A DNA stretch of 64,000 nucleotides, taken from contig CAVYIM010000005.1 in NCBI GenBank assembly GCA_963768655.1, positions 128,001 to 192,000 of the forward strand. Reading direction: 5' to 3'. The translations under genes and the position numbers were made by a program. Of the stretch, positions 32,019 through 40,857 are shown in pieces. Within the stretch, counting starts at the first letter, position 1, and every line of letters starts with the position of its first letter. This stretch comes from an uncultured Chloroflexia bacterium (lineage in GTDB: Bacteria > Chloroflexota > Limnocylindria > Limnocylindrales > CSP1-4). The notes under the pieces were generated by a model. It saw only the letters and a program-made list of their open reading frames with translations. It was not told the DNA's origin and ran no database searches.

Positions 32019-33101
32019 CTACTCCCAGCGGAACGAGCGAGCCGCGATGGTCAGGCACACCACCAGCCAGCCGGTGAGGATCGCCACGTCCATGCCCAGC
32101 GGAGCGACCTGAGTCCCGTTGACCATGACCTGCCGAAGCGCGTCGGCCAGGTAGGTCAGCGGCATGAAGCGCGCGACCGTCTGGAGGAAGCCGGGCAGGA
32201 AGTCGAACGAGAAGAAGATGCCCGACAGGAACATCATCGGCATCTGGACGACCTGCACCACCCCGGTCGCCTGCTCCTCGGTCTTGAGGAAGGACGCGAG
32301 AGCGAAGCCGATGGCGAGGAAGGCGCCGGCCCCGAGGAGGACCAGGCCGGCCGCGGCGAGCAGGTTGCCGACGATCTGGACGTTGAAGAAGATCAGCCCG
32401 ATGCCGAGGATCACCACGGCGTCCACGATGGCCACCATCAGGCGCATCAAGACGTTGCTCCCGACGAGCTTCCAGCGGGCCAGCGGCGTGGCCCCGAGGC
32501 GCTTGAGGATGCCCTTCTCGCGCTGCTGGACCAGCGGGATCGCGGCGAAGACGCCGAGCTGCATCAGGGCCATGGCCAGGATGCTCGGGACCAGATAGGC
32601 GACCGTGCTGATGTTGGTGGACTGGAGGGTCATCGACTGGAGCCCGACTAGCGCCGACCCACCGGCCAGCTGCAGATTGAAGCTGTTGGTGATCTGGTCG
32701 GCCACCTGAGTGACGACCTGACTGACCTGGCTGCTGCTCGGATCGGTGTACAGCTCGATCGACGTCGCGCTCTTGGCGGCGACGTGGGCGCCGGTTTGCG
32801 CCGGCACCACCACGATGGCCGAGATGTCGCCGTGCTGCATCGCCGTCTCTTCGGCCTCGAGCGAGCCGGTGTGCACGGTGAGGAGCGTGACCTGAGAGAA
32901 GGCCTGCTGGAGCGCAGCCGAAACCGGCGTGTTGTCCTGGTCGACGAAGCCGATGTCGACCTTGGTGTTGCCGTTGCCGCCGAAGATCCAGCCGAACAGG
33001 AACACGAACATGACCGGGAAGAAGAAGGTCCAGAAGAGGGCCGCGCGGTCGCGGACCAGGGACCTGATGTTCGCGACCGTCAGCCGCAAGAGAGTGTTCA
33101 T
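32019..33101 (-). CDS. ABC-2 type transporter permease
   Basis: RDRAALFWTFFFP, REKGILKRL..TP, PMMFLSGIFF, PLTY. Confidence 0.92.
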   Translation of the reverse strand: MNTLLRLTVANIRSLVRDRAALFWTFFFPVMFVFLFGWIFGGNGNTKVDIGFVDQDNTPVSAALQQAFSQVTLLTVHTGSLEAEETAMQHGDISAIVVVPAQTGAHVAAKSATSIELYTDPSSSQVSQVVTQVADQITNSFNLQLAGGSALVGLQSMTLQSTNISTVAYLVPSILAMALMQLGVFAAIPLVQQREKGILKRLGATPLARWKLVGSNVLMRLMVAIVDAVVILGIGLIFFNVQIVGNLLAAAGLVLLGAGAFLAIGFALASFLKTEEQATGVVQVVQMPMMFLSGIFFSFDFLPGFLQTVARFMPLTYLADALRQVMVNGTQVAPLGMDVAILTGWLVVCLTIAARSFRWE

Positions 33102-33111
33102 CGTTCGGCTC

Positions 33112-34041
33112 CTAGTCGCGCAGGGCTCGACCGGTGAGGTCGAGGAAGACGTCTTCGAGGGTCGCCTGGCGAATGCCCAGGTTCTTCGGCTCCACGCTTA
33201 GGCTGTCGGTGAGGGCCAGCAGCGCACCGATCGTGCTCGCGACATCGCGCGAGTAGAGCACCGTCTGGCCATCTTCCTGCGACGCGCGCGTCACTCCGTC
33301 GAGCTTGCCCAGTTGGGCGGAGGGGAGCTTGAGGTTCGTGTCGAAGAAGACAGCTCGCTCCTTGAACCGCCGCCCGATCAGCTCCGGGACCGTGCCCATC
33401 TCCAGGATGTGGCCGTGATCCATGATGGCCACGCGGTCGCACAGCTCCGTGGCCTCCTCCATGTAGTGGGTCGTCATCAGGATCGACTTGCCCTTCGCCT
33501 GAAGCCCCTTGATCAGGTCCCACAGCGAGCGGCGCGCCTGTGGGTCCAGGCCCGTCGTCGGCTCGTCGAGGAAGATCAGCTCGGGGTCGTTCACGAGCGC
33601 GAGGGCGATCGAGAGTCGTTGCTGCTGACCGCCCGAGAGGTTCATCGACCGAGCCTTCGCCCGCTCCCCAAGATCGACCGTGTCGATCAGCTGTTTGGTC
33701 GGCAGATGGTGTGAGTAGAAGCTGCCGAAGAGATCCAGCAACTCGGTCACCGTGAGCCGCGGGTACAGCGACACCGTCTGGAGCTGGACTCCGATGCGCT
33801 GCTTAATCGACGGCGCGTGCCTGGTGACGTCCATACCGAAGACGGTGGCGGACCCGGAGTCAGGCTCGCGCAGGCCTTCGAGAATCTCGATCGTCGTAGT
33901 CTTGCCGGCCCCGTTCGGCCCCAACATGCCGAAGACTTCCCCGCGCGCTACCTGGAAGCTGACCCCGTCGACGGCCTTCACGTCGCCGTAGCACTTGCAC
34001 AGGTTGGCGACGCCGATCACAGGCTCGCCGCTTTGCGTCAT
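33112..34041 (-). CDS. ABC transporter ATP-binding protein
   Basis: GPNGAGKTT, LSGGQ, FLDEPTTGLDP, TTHYMEEA. Confidence 0.95.
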   Translation of the reverse strand: MTQSGEPVIGVANLCKCYGDVKAVDGVSFQVARGEVFGMLGPNGAGKTTTIEILEGLREPDSGSATVFGMDVTRHAPSIKQRIGVQLQTVSLYPRLTVTELLDLFGSFYSHHLPTKQLIDTVDLGERAKARSMNLSGGQQQRLSIALALVNDPELIFLDEPTTGLDPQARRSLWDLIKGLQAKGKSILMTTHYMEEATELCDRVAIMDHGHILEMGTVPELIGRRFKERAVFFDTNLKLPSAQLGKLDGVTRASQEDGQTVLYSRDVASTIGALLALTDSLSVEPKNLGIRQATLEDVFLDLTGRALRD

Positions 34042-34174
34042 CTCGCTCCTTGCTTCCTGCTTCGGACAGTGCTCGTCCTCGCCGCGGGCCCTGCCGCGCA
34101 CGAGTCTACCCAACGGGCTGCGGGCCGGCCGTCCGTCCCGAGAATGACCCGGCATCGACCTCTCGGCCGAAATC

Positions 34175-35033
34175 TCACTTCGCGGGGGTCTGCAGCATGT
34201 CGGCGGACCGACCGCCCAGGATCGCGAAGCCGAGCCGCTGGTACAGCCGGATGGCCGCCGTGTTGTCGGCGTACACGCCGAGGTAGATCAAATCGATGCC
34301 CTCGGCCCGCGAGTCGTCGATCAGGACCCGAGTGATGTGCGCGCCGAAACCACGCCCTCGCCAGCCCGGCCGGGTCCCGATCGACGAGAGGTAGCTGGCC
34401 CCGTCGAACGTGTAGCGCTGGCCCGTCGCCGCCGGCTCACCGTCCACCGAGATCACGTAGCCGTGGAAGTCGGCCCGACCGAGCGTCAGGCCTATCTCGC
34501 GGACGAGGTTCGCGTGACGGCTGCGCGGGATGCCGAAGGATTCGCCGATGACCCGGGCGAGCACCTCCGCGCGGACCGGGATCTCGTCGCCGGTCGAGCA
34601 GTTCCAGTGCTCGATGACCGCGCCTTCGGGGAGTCCACCGTTCGTCGCCGCGCCAGGGCTCCCGCACGAGAACCATGTCGAACCCGCCGCCCTGGTCCAC
34701 GAAACCGTTGGCTGCCAGGCGGGCGATGAGATCGTCCGGTTCACTGAGACCGGGAACGGCCCAGACGTACGGCCGGCGCTCCAGCGCCCTGAACAGATCG
34801 CACGCCTCGCGTAACCGGGCATCGAATGCGCGCGCATCGGACGGCCAACGCACCGCCGCAAGTCGATTGAAGAACGGCTCGTTCTCGATCGCGGAGAAGA
34901 GCAGCACCGAGTCGCCCAGATCACGCCAGCCTCGGCCTGGGATCGTGACCGCCCGCACCTGATGCGCCTCCAGGAAGCGCAGGGTCCCGGCGTCGAGCCC
35001 GAGGAGAGCGGCGTTTGGGTCGGGCAGAGGCAT
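34175..35033 (-). CDS. GNAT family acetyltransferase; apparent +1 frameshift near 34655
   Basis: N-terminal half is ORF 35033 (TAACGT-N6-ATG). C-terminal GNAT motifs IGTRPGWRGRGFG and N.AAIRLYQRLGF lie in a second frame. Confidence 0.8.
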
Positions 35034-35071
35034 GCCGTCACGTTACGGCATCGCGCGGGATCGGGCGCTGA

Positions 35072-35139
35072 CGCGCGGGCCGCGCCCTCCCGGGCGCGCG
35101 GGCCGCGCCCTCCCGGGCGCGCGGGCCGCGCCCTCCCGG
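35072..35139. repeat. 23-bp tandem repeat (three copies)
   Basis: gcgcgcgggccgcgccctcccgg repeated three times in the intergenic gap. Confidence 0.85.
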
Positions 35140-35188
35140 CTGCGCGCGCCGCAGTCGGCGAACGAACGGCTCGAGGCTGCTCGAGGCG

Positions 35189-36034
35189 CTATTCGCTCCA
35201 GCGCTCCAGGGCGCGTGCCCAACGCTCGGCCGTCCTGGCCGGGAGCAGCCTGTGGTGGTGGACCGGCCTCTGCTCCAGATCGAGGAGAGTCGGCCGCAAC
35301 ATGCTCAGCCAGCCCTGGGCCCGTTCGTGCGACAGTTCCTGCCAGGCCATCACGTCGCCCACGACGCCACTCTCCAGGCGGCGCCAGACGACGCATATGC
35401 CGGTCCCGCCGTACTGCAGCGAGGCCTGTGTGGCAGGACCGCCCAGGGACCCCGCGACGGTCAGGAACCGCGCCCATGTGGAAACGGTCTGTGGGTCTTC
35501 CAGGGCCTCGATGAGCCGCGTGACGATCCACCACATTCCGTCCGACCCCAAGCTCACACGGGCTTCGCCCACTGCGAACACATGGCCGTCGCCGCGCTCG
35601 TTCATCTGCAGGACGAGGCCGTCGGGTGCACCGGGCAGCGACAGCGCCAGGGGCTCGACGGGCGCGCTCGCAATCCGCGGCTCATCGGGGAAGGCAACCA
35701 CAACGCCCGGAGTGACGCCCAGCGCCCGAGGGCGCCGGCCCTTCCGGGATCGCGCTCCGACCAGGCCGCGCATGACGTCCGCGTCGCCGCCGTCGGTCGC
35801 GGGCGAGCTGGCGGTCGCGTTCGGCTCGAGCGCGAACAATCGGGCCAGCTGGTTATTGTCGGCCAGCCTGGACATGACTTTGACCGTCCGCCCGTCGACG
35901 GCATACTCGAGCAGGTCTTCCGCGGCAGGCGCCTTGCTGCGTCCCATAACGTTCCTCGCTTCGTTCGCTGCGCTGTGCCGACCGTCGCCGAAGACGACGA
36001 TCGGGCCCGTCCGAAGACGGGTCGAGTCCAGCAC
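35189..36034 (-). CDS. Hypothetical protein
   Basis: 281-aa ORF with protein-like composition and no recognised motif. Start uncertain. Confidence 0.68.
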   Translation of the reverse strand: MLDSTRLRTGPIVVFGDGRHSAANEARNVMGRSKAPAAEDLLEYAVDGRTVKVMSRLADNNQLARLFALEPNATASSPATDGGDADVMRGLVGARSRKGRRPRALGVTPGVVVAFPDEPRIASAPVEPLALSLPGAPDGLVLQMNERGDGHVFAVGEARVSLGSDGMWWIVTRLIEALEDPQTVSTWARFLTVAGSLGGPATQASLQYGGTGICVVWRRLESGVVGDVMAWQELSHERAQGWLSMLRPTLLDLEQRPVHHHRLLPARTAERWARALERWSE

Positions 36035-36377
36035 AAGCGACCGCGCAAGGGCACCGACGCTGTCGCGATGCGCCCGGGCACCAGCCCGGTGCCTGCTAGC
36101 CTACCGCGTTTTCCGGCGTCGAGTGGGACTTTTGGCGCACGAAGGCAGGACTTTCGGGTGGCGTGGAGGCGTCTCGCGGCCGATTCGGCCGCGCCGGCGC
36201 ACCGAACGGGCCCGAATCGTGGCCTGCGAGCGGGCCCGCTCGTACAACCTCCGTAGGCGTGGGCACGCTGGCGCCGGGGCTTCTCGAGGCTCGCGGCGTT
36301 GTCCTCGCCTGACTGGAGACCCGCGGATCGGCACACCCGCCTGTCTTGGGAATGCCTGGAGTCGTCTCCGAGCAGTG

Positions 36378-37037
36378 TCAAAGAACGATGATGCAGTTCT
36401 GGCCTGCGCATCGACCTTCGGCCAGAGATCGCAGGGAATCCGGCCCTGAACCCGGGAACTGATCGCTCAGCGCCGCCGAATACGGCCGGAGCATATGTCT
36501 GTTGGACCTCGTGCCGCCATCCAGGAGGGCCAGGCAACTGACGGAGGGATCGTCCCGCTGCTTCAAGGCGAGCCGGCGCTGGAGAGCCTGGACATCGCCC
36601 AGCCTCGTCTCCGCCTCCACGGCGATGCAGCCTCCTTCCGCGTCCGCGATCGTGGCGTCCCAGGCCCGCCGGTCCCCCGAGAGCGGGATCGGGGTCTCGA
36701 AACGCCATCGCAGCTTGGGTGCAACTCGGGCACGGAGCCGATCGAGGAGGGCCCGCTGCGCCGCATCTCTGACCGGTTGCCCACCGGGGAAGGCCCGCGC
36801 ACTGAGGTCGAGGCCGACGACGGCTAACAGGCGGGCCAGATCGCAGAGTGAGACCGCTTCGAGATCGCCCCGTTCGATCCGACTCACTCTGGCCTGCGTC
36901 ACGCCTGCGGCCCGTCCGACGCACAGCTGGCTCAGGCCCCTCTCGAGGCGCGCCTCGTGGAGTTCCTCGCCGAGTGAACGCAACATGGCACGCCCCCGAC
37001 GTGAACCAACGTCAGCGGGGCGCTCAGTCGAAGCCAT
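36378..37037 (-). CDS. XRE-type HTH protein fused to a putative PD-(D/E)XK-like nuclease domain
   Basis: N-terminal ARLERGLSQ..VGRAAGVTQARVSRIERG; C-terminal WRFE...RAWD...IAVEAETRLGDVQ acidic motif set. The nuclease call is inference. Confidence 0.8.
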   Translation of the reverse strand: MASTERPADVGSRRGRAMLRSLGEELHEARLERGLSQLCVGRAAGVTQARVSRIERGDLEAVSLCDLARLLAVVGLDLSARAFPGGQPVRDAAQRALLDRLRARVAPKLRWRFETPIPLSGDRRAWDATIADAEGGCIAVEAETRLGDVQALQRRLALKQRDDPSVSCLALLDGGTRSNRHMLRPYSAALSDQFPGSGPDSLRSLAEGRCAGQNCIIVL

Positions 37038-37053
37038 GCGTCATCCTGACGCA
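37037..37053. promoter_or_regulatory. Perfect palindrome TGCGTCA-N3-TGACGCA abutting the XRE gene start (candidate operator)
   Basis: 7-bp inverted repeat with a 3-nt spacer that overlaps the first base of the ATG. Confidence 0.45.
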
Positions 37054-37091
37054 GGCGCCTTATCCGCGGCTTATCCGGCGCTCATTCGCGG

Positions 37092-37247
37092 GGTCATTCG
37101 CGACGGATATGAGCGCGACCGGTTGGGGTTGACGCGAGGGCGTGGAGTGGCGGGGTCATTCGCGACGGATATGAGCGCGACCGGTTGGGGTTGACGCGAG
37201 GGCGTGGAGTGGCGGGGTCATTCGCGACGGATATGAGCGCGACCGGT
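37092..37247. repeat. Tandem array B: 62-bp units (two full plus a third core); core cattcgcgacggatatgagcgcgaccggt
   Basis: Core starts at 37095, 37157 and 37219 and is 29/30 identical to the core of the first unit of array A. Confidence 0.95.
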
Positions 37248-37325
37248 GACCTGCAGGAACCCTATACTCGGCCTGCCCCGCCGGTCGGAACCGACCGGCG
37301 AACCGTGCCTTGAGGAGCTCGCGTC

Positions 37326-38750
37326 ATGGATCCCACCGGCCAGCAACCCGCCGTCTCAGCCACCGCCGCCCCCACGGCCGGCGAACCGGCCGGCGACTCG
37401 CGTCCGGCCGGCGACTCGCGTGCGGCAGGACCCGCGCCGGCAGACGTGGCCCTCGTCGCGCGGGGCGATTTCGCCGCTCTCTCGAAGCCACACCTCTCCC
37501 CCATCCTGGGCCGCTACTACGAGCGCAGCTGGGACCACGGCGAAGGCCACATTCTCTACGACTCGGCCGGGCGCGGTTTCCTCGATTTCGCCTGCGGCAT
37601 CGCCACGACCTCCCTGGGTCACCACCACCCCGCGGTCACTCAGGCGATCAAGGATCAGGCCGACAAGCTGCTCCACATCTGCAACGCCCTCGGTTACCTC
37701 GAGCCCGTCGGCCAGCTGGCCACGATGCTCGCTGATGTCTGCCCGGACCCGCTCGACACCGTCTTCTTCGGGAACTCAGGCACCGAGGCCGTCGAGGGCG
37801 CGCTCAAGCTCGCCCGGCGCGTCACCGGCAGGCCGGGCATCGTCGCCTTTCGGGGAGCCTTCCACGGCCGGACCTTCGGCGCCGCCTCGATCACCAGCTC
37901 CAGCATCAACTACCGCATGGGCTACGAGCCCCTTCTGCCGTCGGTCTACCTGACGCCGTTCCCGAACGTCTACCGCTACTTCGGCGATGACGAGGAGGCG
38001 GCCACGGCCGGCGCCATGGGCGCGCTTCGAACCCTCCTGGGCCATGAGATCCCCGCCTCGTCGGTCGCGGCCATCATCATCGAGCCGATCCAGGGCGAGG
38101 GCGGCTTCAGCCCGGCGCCCGTTTCGTTCCTGCGCGAACTGCGCGCGCTCTGCGACGAGAACGGGATACTGCTGATCGCCGACGAGATCCAGTCGGGCAT
38201 TGCCCGCACCGGCAAGATGTGGGCCTTCGAGCATGCCGGCATCGTCCCCGACGTCGTGTGCGTGGCCAAGGCCCTCTGCAACGGCATGCCTATCGGCGCC
38301 ATCGTGAGTCGCCGCGAACTCCAGGAGCGCTGGGGCGTCGGCGCCCACGGCACCACCTTCGGCGGCAATCCGGTTTCCTGCGCAGCCGGCATCGCCGTCC
38401 TCCGAACGATCGCCGAGCAGGGCCTCGTCGCCAACGCCGCGACCCGCGGCCATGAGCTCATCGCCGGTCTGAAGCGTTTGATGGCCACCGATGATCGCAT
38501 CGGAGACGTTCGGGGCCGCGGCCTGATGGTCGGCGTCGAGCTGGTCAAGGATCAGGCCAGTCGCGAGCCCGACACGGACACGAGCGAGGCCCTCATCCTG
38601 GCCTGCGCCGAGCAGGGACTGCTGGTCCTCAACTGCGGCACCCACCACAACGTCATCCGCTTCCTGCCCCCGATCGACGCCACGGCAGGCGAGATCGCCC
38701 AGGGCGTGGAGCTGTTCGGTGCGGCCCTGCGCAGCCTGCCTCGGGCCTGA
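37326..38750 (+). CDS. Class III PLP aminotransferase (4-aminobutyrate aminotransferase-like)
   Basis: FLDFACGIA, NSGTEAVE, AFHGRT, EPIQGEGG, DEIQSG..RTG, AK, HGTTFGGNP, DVRGRGLM. Confidence 0.93.
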   Translation: MDPTGQQPAVSATAAPTAGEPAGDSRPAGDSRAAGPAPADVALVARGDFAALSKPHLSPILGRYYERSWDHGEGHILYDSAGRGFLDFACGIATTSLGHHHPAVTQAIKDQADKLLHICNALGYLEPVGQLATMLADVCPDPLDTVFFGNSGTEAVEGALKLARRVTGRPGIVAFRGAFHGRTFGAASITSSSINYRMGYEPLLPSVYLTPFPNVYRYFGDDEEAATAGAMGALRTLLGHEIPASSVAAIIIEPIQGEGGFSPAPVSFLRELRALCDENGILLIADEIQSGIARTGKMWAFEHAGIVPDVVCVAKALCNGMPIGAIVSRRELQERWGVGAHGTTFGGNPVSCAAGIAVLRTIAEQGLVANAATRGHELIAGLKRLMATDDRIGDVRGRGLMVGVELVKDQASREPDTDTSEALILACAEQGLLVLNCGTHHNVIRFLPPIDATAGEIAQGVELFGAALRSLPRA

Positions 38751-38949
38751 TCGACGGCAGAAGACTGGCGACCGGGCTCCGGGGATCGGCGCTTCGCGGT
38801 CGGCCGTCCGTCGAGGGTGGCAACGCAGACTCTCGCAGAGACGTCGATACCCGCGGCGGGAACCGCGGGTATCGACTCTGGTTCGGCGGATCCGGACACA
38901 GGGCCCGGTGACGGAGTGCCGGCGAACCGGGGATTCTGGTTTGGAGGCT

Positions 38950-39144
38950 CTACCGGTTCCTGTCCAGGAAGCTCATCACGTCTTCGAGGCGGAAGCGTCG
39001 ATCGCCCCGCTTGCAGACGCGATAAAACGGCAACTCGCCGCGATCTCCGAGCCGCTTCACCGTGTTCACGTGCAGGTGAAGCATCTCGGCCACTTCACTC
39101 GCGGTTAGCATGGGACCGAGTTCATTAGCGACCACGGCAGCCAT
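38950..39144 (-). CDS. Small excisionase/BldC-like HTH DNA-binding protein
   Basis: MLTASEVAEMLHLHVNTVKR..DRGELPFYR...GDRRF. RBS gagga before ATG 39144. Confidence 0.87.
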   Translation of the reverse strand: MAAVVANELGPMLTASEVAEMLHLHVNTVKRLGDRGELPFYRVCKRGDRRFRLEDVMSFLDRNR

Positions 39145-39459
39145 TGGTTTCCTCTGCGTCTGCATCAAACCGAGCGCATCGACTTCCTTGGGGCAGCCAA
39201 GCCTGATCCGGCCTGAAGCGACGCGAACCGTACAGACTCCACCCAACCATCACAAGCCGTACTTTGGGCTACGGCCACCGGTACCAGACCACGGCGAGCG
39301 AGTCGTACCGGGGCTTTCCGCCAAATGGGCCGGTCGCGCCGGGTGGCCGGCATGCCGCAGCGCACCGGTGTCACCCGGATGACGGCGCGGCGAAGTGGGG
39401 CCGGCGCCGTTGCCGGTATCGGCCGGCAAACGCGCAGCCGCCCGCAAGACTGATTCGGC

Positions 39460-40437
39460 TCAGCTTGGGGAGCTTGTCGGAGACGCCACGCTGCTCGGCG
39501 ACGGCGCCGCCGACCCACTCGCGACCGGCGACGAGGTCGGAGCGGGCGACGCGGTCGGAGCAGCCGATGCGGCGGGCGAACCTGTCGCGCCAGGGCTGCC
39601 GGACGGGGCGGCAGAACCGCTCGGGCCGGGTGTCGGAGTCGGTGTCGGATTGACCGACGGCAACGCCACTCCGGATGGGACGGGGCTCATCGTCGTCAAG
39701 GCGAAGTCCGAGGTGATCGTGGCGACGTCGCTTGCGAACTGCGTATCCCATGTGGCGAGCCCGGGGGCCTGCGCGATCACGTCGTACGGGGTCTTCGCGG
39801 CGTCGATTTGCTGCAACACCGAGATGTACTGCTGGCTGTCATCGAGGAAGTTGCTGACGTCGTCTTGGGCCACGCCCCAATCGCTGATTGCCGTGACCGC
39901 ATCGACCCACCCCTTGGTCTGGGTGTAGAAGTCGGTGTAGTCCGCCAGCTGCTTGGTGAAATCGCCGCTGTCGGTGGCGATGGCGATGCGATCCTTCTCG
40001 CGCGGCGGCGACCACTTGTTCTCGATCTTGGTCCACTGCTGAGCGGGTGTGGGCGCCGGCGGGTTGATGAAGCCGGTGTAGACCCACACTGCGCCCAGGA
40101 GCACGAAGAGGAGCGCCAGGATCGGCAGGTAGGCGACGATCCAGCGATAGGCCGTGCCGTGCTGCTTCTTGCGCCGCGCCGCCGGTATCTTGGCCCGCTT
40201 GCCCTCGGTATGGGGGCGCGACTCGATCGGCGTCTCTTCCTTGCCGGACGCTTCCTTGCCAGACGCTTCGGCAGACTCCTCGACCGGCGAGGGAGTCGGC
40301 CCGGAGACGGGCCCGGGAGTCGACCGGGAGACGGGCGAGGGAGTCGACCGGGAGACGGGCGAGGGAGTCGGCCCGGAGACGGGCCCGGGTTTGGGCCCGG
40401 AGTCCGCGTGGCCTCGTGCCTTTCGATTGGCCGGCAT
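39460..40437 (-). CDS. Single-pass membrane protein with a helical extracellular domain and a Ser/Pro-rich tail
   Basis: Basic stretch followed by a TM helix ([22 protein letters not shown]); low-complexity termini. Confidence 0.8.
   Translation of the reverse strand: MPANRKARGHADSGPKPGPVSGPTPSPVSRSTPSPVSRSTPGPVSGPTPSPVEESAEASGKEASGKEETPIESRPHTEGKRAKIPAARRKKQHGTAYRWIVAYLPILALLFVLLGAVWVYTGFINPPAPTPAQQWTKIENKWSPPREKDRIAIATDSGDFTKQLADYTDFYTQTKGWVDAVTAISDWGVAQDDVSNFLDDSQQYISVLQQIDAAKTPYDVIAQAPGLATWDTQFASDVATITSDFALTTMSPVPSGVALPSVNPTPTPTPGPSGSAAPSGSPGATGSPAASAAPTASPAPTSSPVASGSAAPSPSSVASPTSSPS
40286..40405. repeat. In-frame 24-bp tandem repeat (about five copies) encoding (GP/RS)TP(S/G)PVS
   Basis: ggcgagggagtcg(gc/ac)c(c/g)ggagacg-type units. 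Confidence 0.8.
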
Positions 40438-40857
40438 CTGTCGACCTCGGCGCGGCTGTGGCGACAATCTGAACCTCCTGCCCGGTTGCCTGGGAGCGTT
40501 GCAGCACCCGCCTCACCGTCGAACCCCCGGAACCGATCTGCGTCGGGGAGGCGTCGGAAGTCTATCGCGATCGGGCGGGCAGCGCGGCTCGAACGCCCGC
40601 AGGACTTCGGGGCGATCGACCTCCCGCAAGGGGTCGGCGATCCCTGCTCGACGTCGCGGCCGGCATACGCGGCGGCGTGCGCCGGACCCCAACGTTGCCG
40701 TATCGTTCCCAATCGCAACCTTCGCAACCTTGATTCCGGGACCCCTCTCGGTGACACTCGGGGTTCCGCAACGGATAGAGGGCTCCTGCAGACGGAGCAG
40801 GGACTCCTGTCGGCGCCTCCGCCGGTCCAGAACGGACGGAGGACATCGAAGGCGAGG

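Noticed and set aside
17725-37247. Arrays A and B as CRISPR arrays
   Set aside because: The period (62-67 bp) fits, but the linkers are near-identical within each array and homologous between arrays. There is no AT-rich leader and no cas gene in the window.
40735-40800. c-di-AMP (ydaO) riboswitch in the gltB leader
   Set aside because: Only gggaccc...ggggtt resembles it; the conserved 3' CCCGAA...CAGCUAAC part is absent.
39808-40857. 350-aa N-terminal extension of GltB in the ORF track
   Set aside because: It overlaps a credible gene on the opposite strand. GltB homology begins near ATG 40858, which has an RBS.
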